A stretch of DNA of 64,000 bases from a virus. Taxonomy: Duplodnaviria > Caudoviricetes. Positions 17,996 to 26,389 of the stretch are shown here, one piece after another. Under the pieces are notes generated by a model. The model saw only the letters and a program-made list of their open reading frames with translations. It did not search any database and was not told the origin of the DNA. Position 1 is the stretch's first letter; each line of letters starts with the position of its first letter. The position numbers were made by a program, and so were the translations under genes. The DNA lies in IMG/VR virus record IMGVR_UViG_3300037991_005043, positions 1-64,000 of that record; one strand, given 5' to 3'.

Positions 17996-18623
17996 TAGAA
18001 CAATAGTAAATACAATTACCGCACAACAGGATGCTAATTTTAAGACTGTAAATAATCTACTTTCTCTACAAGATAACCATGTAGAAGAGTTTTTCCAATA
18101 TCACGGTGAAGATTTTTTAAGTGCTATTGAAAAACTAATGGAGGATGTAACTAAAAGAACAGTTTCTCAAATGCTTTCTAAATTACAACTTTCGGGTGAT
18201 GGAACTACTTTCAAAGTTAATCCTGACTCTCTTAGAGAATATGAAAGAATAACACAAGAGAATATTGAGTTAGATATTAAAGAAGTTTTATCTTCTGCTC
18301 TTAATCAAGAAGTTATTAATCAAAGAAAGTTGGCTAAACAACAATATCTTGAATCACAAGGATTCGGTAATCCTATGGGAAGTCAAGGAGTACAACAAGC
18401 GCAAGGTGGATATGGGCAAGCACAACAAATGTATGGGCAGGGATATAATGCAATACAGAATGGTAGTGGCTATCCTGTTCCTCCTGCTGGTAATGATGGT
18501 TATGGTCGCCCATATTGGATAGACCCAAATAACGGACAAATGAGTTATGAACCACCAACAGGCGGATTACATCTTGCTGAAAAAGCACAGAAAATAGCGG
18601 CTTGGGGCAAATGGTTAATGTGA
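17985..18623 (+). CDS. Helical protein with Gly/Gln-rich linker, WW-like motif and C-terminal amphipathic helix
   Basis: GRPYWIDPNNGQMSYEPP; ends KIAAWGKWLM; GGTGA RBS. Confidence 0.75.
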   Translation: MPSNRTIVNTITAQQDANFKTVNNLLSLQDNHVEEFFQYHGEDFLSAIEKLMEDVTKRTVSQMLSKLQLSGDGTTFKVNPDSLREYERITQENIELDIKEVLSSALNQEVINQRKLAKQQYLESQGFGNPMGSQGVQQAQGGYGQAQQMYGQGYNAIQNGSGYPVPPAGNDGYGRPYWIDPNNGQMSYEPPTGGLHLAEKAQKIAAWGKWLM

Positions 18624-18633
18624 AGGTGATTTT

Positions 18634-21189
18634 TTGGTAGCCTTTACTCTCCCTAAAGTTGATGGTTCTAATAGAGTAATAGATGAAAATACTCTAAAAG
18701 ATTCAGGTGAGATGAATAATATATTAAAACAAGAGTTTCTAAATTTATTGAAAGATAAAACAGTAGGGATTTCTAAAGGAAAAGAATTTGTAAATAATCT
18801 GTTTAATAACTATATGGAATGGGGAGAATCTGTAGGGAGCGATTCAGACAGAAAACAACTAAGGAAAGATATTAGTAAAGCATATTTTGATGCTTTAGAA
18901 GATACTACATACAATGACCTTATTGAAAAACAAGTCTTCAAAGGTGGCTTACAGGTAGTTTCTGAATTAGTTAAGGGTAAAAAAGCAGAATCTTATTTTA
19001 AAGACGGCTTAGATAGCCTACTTATGGATGAATATAAGAAGAAATTAAATGATGTTATTGATGCTTATTCTAGAGCAGGAGAAACATTGTTGGAGAATGC
19101 TAAGTGGAGAGCAAAGGCTAGTAAAGAATTCATAGAAGAAACTAAGAATTTTTTAGATGAAAAATCATATGATGTTATTGCGATTAAAAATGACAATAGA
19201 AAAAGCCCCTTACAGAATAAAATAGACCCAGTTCTTGTTGTTAAATTTAAAGAGGATGATACCATAGGTAGGTTATCCTTTAAATCAAAAGGTGATTTAG
19301 AAAAGGATTTGAAACCCCTATTTAATAACTCAGATATGAAAAAACTAGCAAAAACAAAAAATGACATTTTTGATGATAAATCAGAATATTATGAACATGA
19401 AGTTGTTACTGTTGATAGTCCTAAATCTTTCAATTTAGGCTCTAAACTTCAATACGGTATTGACATAGACTTTGAGCAAATAAAAGGATATTCTTTTTCT
19501 GAGTTTAAAAAGGATTTACTAAAGTTAAGAGAAGAAAAATACGGAGGTAGGAATGTAATAGAAATACCTATTTTCGCACATCGCTATCTTTTGGGAGATA
19601 ACAATATTGAAAAGTTACAACAAAATATCTCAAAATTAATTAAAAAGACATATAACACTCTTACTGCTGATGTTACATCCAATACTAATGATGTTCATAA
19701 TTTATTATTTGAGATTCAACTAGGTGGTAGTTTTTCTGAAAAGAAAAAAGGTGTTCTAAGTGGTATAGGCTCTAGTAAAGAATTTGATAGAATCTTAGAA
19801 GGAATAAAACCAGAAGAAGGAGAAGAAGATACTAGACAAATTGCTCTAAGAGAAAAGAGAAAGGCTAGTAAAGAAGGAAAAGAGAAATTAAAAACGGTAG
19901 AAAAAGATGCTAAAGAAATTATTAAGAAAATAGATAAGGCTTTGAAAGACTTAAATGATGATGGTTTATTTAGGCTACAACAAGTTAATTTGATTAAAGA
20001 TAAATTGAATAGAATGGTTAGAAGGGCTAATACTTCTTCTAAACAACAAGAACCTTTAGATGAAAATGATTTACTACCTTTGTTTGTTTTAGAAGAGGCT
20101 AGATTAGTTATTGATGGAATAAAACTAGTTGAGAAAGAGATTAAGAATATACTTAAGAAAGAACAAGTTAAAAATTTAAATTCTATAATTTTGACTACTC
20201 CTACCGATGAAAAGGATGAAAAGAAAGAAGAAATATCTACTGCACTAGATAATGCTTTTAAGAAAATATTAAACTATGATGTTAAGAGAAAAGGCTATCT
20301 TGACAAATATATTACTGATGGATTAACTCCGACTGAAGCCAGTATTAAATTAGAGAATTCTAAAAAGATAGCAGAAAAAATATACGGTAAGGATATCTTT
20401 GAAGATGCTAATAAAATAAAGTCTAAAATTAAGAGAGAAACTACCAGCAATAATGCTAGAAAGTTTATAATCAGTTCATCTAAAAAAGGAATACAACCCA
20501 AAGAATTGACTATTATTGTTGATTCTAGCACAGGAAAAAAAGCACCTAATTCCGCTAAGAAAGTAGGTGATGGTGTATTTATAGTGCCTAAGAAGAAAAT
20601 AACTCAAGAGGTTGCTCGTTTATTATCAAAAAGATTATTCGGTAATAGTGATGATTTAAAGGAAGATTATTCTAGAGGTGCTACTGTAATATTTTCTGAA
20701 GAGGGAGCATTACCTATAGATTTAGTTAAAGATGAATTGAATTTGGATTCTTACAAAGGAGCATTTAAGACACCTTCTAAATCATTAGATAATAGAAGTA
20801 TTCAGATTCCTAAAGATATGTCTAGAACAGACTTTGAAAAATCTCTTGAGGGAAAAAAAGAATTACAAAGTAGTCTGCCTGTTTTTGAAGAAGATTCAGA
20901 TGAAAAGGTATTCAATATCAGTATTCAAATTTTACCTAAGAAGAAGGCAGAATATACAATTGAGCCTAAAAAAGCAACTGCTGGAACAGAAGCGGAAGAA
21001 ACCGAATTTACATATTTAGATGAGAAGGGTAAGATGTCAGATAAGAAAAGAAAAAGAACTGGTAGTAAAACTAGAGTCTTGACTACTCTAAACGCTTCCG
21101 CTAGACAGAAAGCGAGTTCTCAAATAGATTTATCTATAGATTTCATTACTCTACTTTTGAACAAGTTTAGAATTATAAGGAGAGGATAA
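18634..21189 (+). CDS. Large charged hypothetical protein
   Basis: 851 aa open frame; TTG after GGTGA; no motif recognised. Confidence 0.75.
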   Translation: MVAFTLPKVDGSNRVIDENTLKDSGEMNNILKQEFLNLLKDKTVGISKGKEFVNNLFNNYMEWGESVGSDSDRKQLRKDISKAYFDALEDTTYNDLIEKQVFKGGLQVVSELVKGKKAESYFKDGLDSLLMDEYKKKLNDVIDAYSRAGETLLENAKWRAKASKEFIEETKNFLDEKSYDVIAIKNDNRKSPLQNKIDPVLVVKFKEDDTIGRLSFKSKGDLEKDLKPLFNNSDMKKLAKTKNDIFDDKSEYYEHEVVTVDSPKSFNLGSKLQYGIDIDFEQIKGYSFSEFKKDLLKLREEKYGGRNVIEIPIFAHRYLLGDNNIEKLQQNISKLIKKTYNTLTADVTSNTNDVHNLLFEIQLGGSFSEKKKGVLSGIGSSKEFDRILEGIKPEEGEEDTRQIALREKRKASKEGKEKLKTVEKDAKEIIKKIDKALKDLNDDGLFRLQQVNLIKDKLNRMVRRANTSSKQQEPLDENDLLPLFVLEEARLVIDGIKLVEKEIKNILKKEQVKNLNSIILTTPTDEKDEKKEEISTALDNAFKKILNYDVKRKGYLDKYITDGLTPTEASIKLENSKKIAEKIYGKDIFEDANKIKSKIKRETTSNNARKFIISSSKKGIQPKELTIIVDSSTGKKAPNSAKKVGDGVFIVPKKKITQEVARLLSKRLFGNSDDLKEDYSRGATVIFSEEGALPIDLVKDELNLDSYKGAFKTPSKSLDNRSIQIPKDMSRTDFEKSLEGKKELQSSLPVFEEDSDEKVFNISIQILPKKKAEYTIEPKKATAGTEAEETEFTYLDEKGKMSDKKRKRTGSKTRVLTTLNASARQKASSQIDLSIDFITLLLNKFRIIRRG

Positions 21190-21191
21190 AT

Positions 21192-22496
21192 ATGCCAGTA
21201 GCAAGGTCGCCAAGTGATTACAATACTATTGATGCAGATTATTCTCAAGGAAAGGGCTTCTATACTGATGCTGATGTTGTAGCAGACTTATTACAGATAC
21301 CACAATTTACAGGTTCAACTAATCCTACTTTATCGCAGGTTGGTTCTATCATAAAAAGAGTAGAAGGTATTATGGATGAAAAAATGAAGAGAACTTACAG
21401 ACCTATTATCTTTAAGAATGAAGTTCATAATTTTCAATTCATTAAACATCCAATGCAATCTTATTATGGAGGATATATTGGTTTTATTCAATTAGATGTT
21501 CTTAGACTTAGAAAAGTTGTTTCTTTGAGAGTTTGGCAGGGAAATTCCTACAAAGAATTAGCATCTGCTCAATCTAGTATTACTTTACTAGATAATTTTA
21601 GAGATATTTATTCTATTACTTTACAGTTGCCTAATAGCGGAACTGAGTTTGAAATGTTTGCAGATGCTAATGGAGTAGTTGCTAATGATGAGTTTGATAT
21701 TGCATTTGGAGTTAAAACTACCGCTAAAGATATTACATACTTAGTAAATGGGCAATACCCATCTAACAATGCTCAATTTACTGGTGCTAGTGCTCCTAAA
21801 TCTTTAACTGTAAGTGGAAAAGAAATTGAAGATTTCTTCTATGCCTTTACAGATAGTGAAGATTCTACTAAAATAAATATATCTTCTTTGTTAAGTGGAG
21901 AAGATGGTTCTGATTGTGATGTTAAGATTAAATTGCGTCAATCTTGCACTACTGTAAATACTGATGCTACTTTAACTGTTGCTGATTCATCTAAGTTAGC
22001 AGTAGGTATGGTAGTAAGTGGAACAGGAATTACAGGAACAGTAACTATTGCTTCTATTACAAATGCTACAACTGTAGAGTTAAGTGCTGCGGCTACTGGT
22101 AGCGGAACAAATACTCTTACATTTACTGCTACTAATTCAACTGTTCCTACTGTTGCTATTGTAGAAAGATTTACAGATAAACAGGATATGAAAAGATTAG
22201 GTTCTTTTTGGACTATCGGAGAAGAAAGTAAAATATTCTTTTTAAGAGATTATCCTTACCATACAAATCATTCCATTGTAGTTTCATATATTGCAGGAGA
22301 TGGTAGGGTAAATGCAGAAGTTCATGACATAGCAACTAAATTAACTGCGGCTGAAATACTAAGACATGACGACCAAACTATACTTATTGCTGAAACAGGA
22401 GGAAATATTTCAGTAAAAGAAAAATATGATATTCTTAGAAAAGAGGCTATGGAAGCACTTAAAGGCAAAGGCGACTTGGTGCATTTCATTGAGTAG
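21192..22496 (+). CDS. Head-tail adaptor with inserted beta domains
   Basis: N-terminal YTD...VADLL...I.RVE..MD and C-terminal IATKLTAAEIL adaptor-like helices flanking beta-rich insertions; position before tail genes. Confidence 0.7.
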   Translation: MPVARSPSDYNTIDADYSQGKGFYTDADVVADLLQIPQFTGSTNPTLSQVGSIIKRVEGIMDEKMKRTYRPIIFKNEVHNFQFIKHPMQSYYGGYIGFIQLDVLRLRKVVSLRVWQGNSYKELASAQSSITLLDNFRDIYSITLQLPNSGTEFEMFADANGVVANDEFDIAFGVKTTAKDITYLVNGQYPSNNAQFTGASAPKSLTVSGKEIEDFFYAFTDSEDSTKINISSLLSGEDGSDCDVKIKLRQSCTTVNTDATLTVADSSKLAVGMVVSGTGITGTVTIASITNATTVELSAAATGSGTNTLTFTATNSTVPTVAIVERFTDKQDMKRLGSFWTIGEESKIFFLRDYPYHTNHSIVVSYIAGDGRVNAEVHDIATKLTAAEILRHDDQTILIAETGGNISVKEKYDILRKEAMEALKGKGDLVHFIE

Positions 22497-22504
22497 GTGT
22501 TTTT

Positions 22505-23323
22505 ATGACTGAATTTGATAATGCGGTAGAGGCATATAAGAATCATTTAATGGAAACTGATGTTGCTAGAAAAAATACATTTTTACAACTTGCTAGGAAT
22601 ATTGCTAATGTTAGTAAAGATGATGATATAACAATAGAAAATGTTAAGGAAGAGGCTACTAAACAGGTGAAGCAAGAACTAGAACAGAAAGAACAACAGA
22701 AAAAAACTCAACAATCTGCCTCTAAACCTAAAAAACAAGGATTTATTTCTCCTAATTCCTTAACTGGAAAAGTTAAACAAATGCTTAGTCGTAAGAAAAA
22801 AAACAATTTACCTGCTCCACAAACTAATAATCAACAAATGAATACAGATGAACAAAGAGCAAATGCTGAGATAATGGCAATAATGATGAGGGAGTTAAAT
22901 AAAAATAAAGATAAAAAACAACCACAGGAACAAACACAGGCACAAACTCAAAGGGTAAATCCTGATGACCTTGTATCTCAAGCATTAGCACAAGCAAAAA
23001 AAGTACAGGGAGGCAAAACTAGCCTACAACAAAGAGCGAAGGAAATTCAAAGAGGTAAAACTAACACACAATCAAATAGGGTAAGACAATACACATCTCC
23101 TCCAAGACAGTCTATACCGTTGCCTAAAGATAAAAAGATGGATAACATAATGGAAAAAGTAAAGGCAATAAAAGACCCTAACATATTAGCAAGAATTAAA
23201 CAAATTATAGATGATGAAGAAAAAGTCGGTAAATCATTGAGAATAATTAGAGATGATTTACCTTCAAGCGATTTAATCAATAAAATGAAAATAAATCAAA
23301 TACTAAAAATGATTGAGGAGTAA
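22505..23323 (+). CDS. Gln/Lys-rich hypothetical protein
   Basis: 272 aa; low complexity. Confidence 0.7.
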   Translation: MTEFDNAVEAYKNHLMETDVARKNTFLQLARNIANVSKDDDITIENVKEEATKQVKQELEQKEQQKKTQQSASKPKKQGFISPNSLTGKVKQMLSRKKKNNLPAPQTNNQQMNTDEQRANAEIMAIMMRELNKNKDKKQPQEQTQAQTQRVNPDDLVSQALAQAKKVQGGKTSLQQRAKEIQRGKTNTQSNRVRQYTSPPRQSIPLPKDKKMDNIMEKVKAIKDPNILARIKQIIDDEEKVGKSLRIIRDDLPSSDLINKMKINQILKMIEE

Positions 23324-23325
23324 TT

Positions 23326-23547
23326 ATGGGAACACTCTCTGATATTATTCTAGAAGTAGATAATATTAGGAAGGAAATAGAAAGAGTTACTTTAGAAAGA
23401 GAAGATATTCTTAGGGAATTAGGAGTTTCTATTGATGATAAAGATGAAATTGAGAGAATGATTACAAAAGAACTTAGAATCAAAGTAAATAAATTAGCAA
23501 AGGAAAAAATAGATGAGGCTATGAGGGAGGCTCTTACTTATGGATGA
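23326..23547 (+). CDS. Small helical hypothetical protein
   Basis: GAGGAG RBS; 73 aa. Confidence 0.7.
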   Translation: MGTLSDIILEVDNIRKEIERVTLEREDILRELGVSIDDKDEIERMITKELRIKVNKLAKEKIDEAMREALTYG

Positions 23548-24049
23548 AGTTTCTCTTTTGATTGATTTAGTTTCATCTAATTGGTCTAGTTCGGCTACTA
23601 CTTTAGTTAGTGAAGGAAAAATTACTGCCGACCATGTAACTACCCCTAATTTTGTAGATGTTAGAACTCTAGAAAGGGGTAGAGGTGTTAGATATGACCT
23701 CTCTCTAAAAGACATAATTATATTTTTTGAGGATTCTCAGTCTATCGAATATCCTACTATACATCTTGATGTTAGTAATGAAAATCATACCTTTACTATG
23801 CACATTAGAACTATACATGATGAAAGAGCAGGAACAGATGCTAACTACGGTAAAGATAGGATAAGGGCTTTATACTTGATTGCTCGTCATGCACTTGAGC
23901 GAGGGAGGCGTGGCTATACTGCTAGTGATGGTTCTAGATTTAATCAAGTATTTTTAAAATCTAGAAGTGAATCCAATGACAGAAGCAAAAGATTGTTTGG
24001 ATATAAATTATCTGTAGAAACAAAAAGATTTGCTCGCTCAGTTCCGTAA
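23540..24049 (+). CDS. Putative tail terminator/completion protein
   Basis: 169 aa directly before tail tube; alpha/beta pattern typical of gpU/gp17-like proteins. Confidence 0.6.
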   Translation: MDEVSLLIDLVSSNWSSSATTLVSEGKITADHVTTPNFVDVRTLERGRGVRYDLSLKDIIIFFEDSQSIEYPTIHLDVSNENHTFTMHIRTIHDERAGTDANYGKDRIRALYLIARHALERGRRGYTASDGSRFNQVFLKSRSESNDRSKRLFGYKLSVETKRFARSVP

Positions 24050-24071
24050 GTAAGTTTGTAGGTGGAATATA

Positions 24072-25607
24072 ATGGCAAATAATGAAGTATTTTTAGGTAG
24101 CGGTGCAACGATGACTCTAGTTCCAGAACTAGATTTCCATATTGAACCCGAAACAACTCCTGCATCAGCACAAACTACTGTTCAGTTAGATACTGCAAAT
24201 CAAGCCCATTTTAGACTAGTTACAAATATGTATGTAGGATGCACTTTGGAATTATACAACTCTTCGGATGAATTACAATCTACTCACACAGTTACTTCTA
24301 ACACTAATGACACATTTACATTTACACCTGCTTTGGGAGGAGCAGGAGCATACTTTACACTAAAGGCATATGGCGCACCATGTCCTGCACCAAAAACAGG
24401 TTCTATTGCTAGACTAAATGCTGACAATTGGTTAGGATTAGTAGAGTCTGCAACTTTCCCTAATTTAGAAGTTGAAATGAAGCAGATGAATCTACAAATT
24501 GGTGGAACTAGAAACTATACATACCAATACAAGGGTATTGAAACTGCTAGTGGTGGAAATATTTCTCTAGTTTCAAATCATGTTGGTTGGTTATATTATT
24601 TCTTAGGTAGATGCACTACTCTAAATCCTTCTGCTGATGTGGATGCTAATCCTGACCCATCTAATGTTCACACTATGGCTAGTGGTGCTGATGATGGTAA
24701 ATTCTTATTAGATACAACTCATATTGAAACTGGTCCATTTGTTTATAGAATTTTAGATACTGGAAAAATAGTTCCACCTCTTGCACCTGCTGATGATACT
24801 TTAACAAATATTAACAAATTTACAGTTCCTACTTCTTCTGAAAAGATTGACTATGTATTTCAAGAGGCTAACAATGCAAGCCTGCCTTCTTTCTCTTTAG
24901 AATATACATTATCTAAATTATCTTCTACAAACACCTATCAAACTGAAACAGGTTCAGCAAGTGAATCTGAAAACTTTGTTAGAATTGCTAGAGGAAATAG
25001 AATAAATACTCTAACATTAACTGCTAATGAAAATGAAGAAGTTAAAATGACTCTTGACTTAAACACATCAGCAGTTACAGAACTTCCTCAAGGAGAAGCA
25101 TATGAGGCTAGAAGAGGAGTTACGGATGATGCAAATTTCATGAACAGAAAATCTGTTGATGCTTCCCATCTAGAACCATTCTTTTTCTATGACGGAACAG
25201 TTAAACTATATGGTAATGAGTTCCTAAAAATTACTAATCTAACTCTAACTATGAACAATAATATACAAGATAAGAGATTCATTGGTGTTGCTGATAGAGG
25301 AATTAAAGAGGGTATTCCTTCACAAAGAACATATGAATTATCTTTTACTGCTCTAGTAACTGACGACCAATTATATGAGGAACTTCTAAGTTCTACAGAA
25401 AGCACCGCTAGCGCAGATATTTCATTGACCTTCACAAAGGGAAGCAACAGTAATGAAACATTTACCCTAACTTTTGAGGACTATTTCACCTCTACTAACA
25501 CATGGACTGTTCCTGACGACAAGGGAGTAGTTACGGCAGAAGCAACTCTTACACCTAGAACTTTGAACGCTTGTTCAGCATCAAGTCACTGGATTCTACA
25601 GGGGTGA
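24072..25607 (+). CDS. Major tail tube protein (siphovirus-type) with insertions
   Basis: INTLTLTANE.EEVKMTL, ITNLTLTMNNNI, RTYELSF..LVTD tube-protein strands; no sheath gene. Confidence 0.8.
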   Translation: MANNEVFLGSGATMTLVPELDFHIEPETTPASAQTTVQLDTANQAHFRLVTNMYVGCTLELYNSSDELQSTHTVTSNTNDTFTFTPALGGAGAYFTLKAYGAPCPAPKTGSIARLNADNWLGLVESATFPNLEVEMKQMNLQIGGTRNYTYQYKGIETASGGNISLVSNHVGWLYYFLGRCTTLNPSADVDANPDPSNVHTMASGADDGKFLLDTTHIETGPFVYRILDTGKIVPPLAPADDTLTNINKFTVPTSSEKIDYVFQEANNASLPSFSLEYTLSKLSSTNTYQTETGSASESENFVRIARGNRINTLTLTANENEEVKMTLDLNTSAVTELPQGEAYEARRGVTDDANFMNRKSVDASHLEPFFFYDGTVKLYGNEFLKITNLTLTMNNNIQDKRFIGVADRGIKEGIPSQRTYELSFTALVTDDQLYEELLSSTESTASADISLTFTKGSNSNETFTLTFEDYFTSTNTWTVPDDKGVVTAEATLTPRTLNACSASSHWILQG

Positions 25608-25612
25608 ATAAT

Positions 25613-25741
25613 ATGGGTCAAGGACTACCATTAAGAGAAAAAATTGCACTCAAGCATTCTAAGAAGCAGGAAAAACCTGCTACAAAAAAGAGAGGCAGAC
25701 CACCTAAAGTAAAGGAGGAAACTGTTGTAGAAGATGAGTAA
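25613..25741 (+). CDS. 42-aa AT-hook microprotein (not in ORF track)
   Basis: GGGGTG RBS; MGQGLPLREKIALKHSKKQEKPATKKRGRPPKVKEETVVEDE; canonical K-R-G-R-P-x-K. Confidence 0.65.
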   Translation: MGQGLPLREKIALKHSKKQEKPATKKRGRPPKVKEETVVEDE

Positions 25742-25750
25742 TTATATTCC

Positions 25751-25781
25751 ACCAACACCGTTTGTTTGTTTGTTGGTTTTT
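25751..25781 (+). terminator. Candidate intrinsic terminator/attenuator after tail tube
   Basis: ACCAACA/TGTTGGT 7-bp stem followed by a T run. Confidence 0.45.
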
Positions 25782-25793
25782 GAGGTGGATAAT

Positions 25794-26162
25794 ATGAAAG
25801 AAGATAAAATAATTGTAACAGAAAAGAATAGTTTGTTCGCACAAACTGAAAGCACAAAACACTACATTAGAGTAAAACCCGATGTAGAAGAATACCTAGT
25901 TGTATGGGTAAAAGAACCTACATGGCTTCAAGCAGAAAAAGCAATGAATGAAGTTATGAAAATAGATTCACGCTCACAATCTCTAGATTTAGATTTGAAT
26001 GCTATGTATAAATACATGGTTGAAAACTTTATTGAAAAGACAGAGCCTTCACTTTCCAAAATAGATATGCTAAGATTGAGTCCTTATGTTGGGAATCAAC
26101 TAAAAGAAATACTACCTAATCCTATGAATATGATGGAGGTAGATGAGGAAAAAAACGAATAA
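25794..26162 (+). CDS. Tail assembly chaperone (gpG-like)
   Basis: Between tube and TMP; GAGGTGG RBS before ATG 25794; ends on a slippery site. Confidence 0.8.
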   Translation: MKEDKIIVTEKNSLFAQTESTKHYIRVKPDVEEYLVVWVKEPTWLQAEKAMNEVMKIDSRSQSLDLDLNAMYKYMVENFIEKTEPSLSKIDMLRLSPYVGNQLKEILPNPMNMMEVDEEKNE

Positions 26163-26389
26163 TTAGGGGAGCACTCAAAGGAAAAGAGAGCGACCCTAAG
26201 ACAGTTTCATTAATCATGGTATATACATTAGCAAAGGCACTTGCTATATCTCCGTTAGAGATATATAAAATGCCTGTTTCCCTAGTTAAAGACCTACTAC
26301 AAGTTCATCTAACATTTGAGGAGTTGCAAGCAGAAGAAATGGAAAAAAGTAGGAAAAAACTAGAGAGGAATAGTAATGTCAGACGATGA
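26150..26389 (+). other. Programmed -1 frameshift (A AAA AAC) giving a gpGT-like extension
   Basis: Heptamer at 26150-26156; -1 frame open for 79 codons (…YTLAKALAISPLEIYKMP…DLLQV…) and overlapping the TMP start. Confidence 0.85.
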
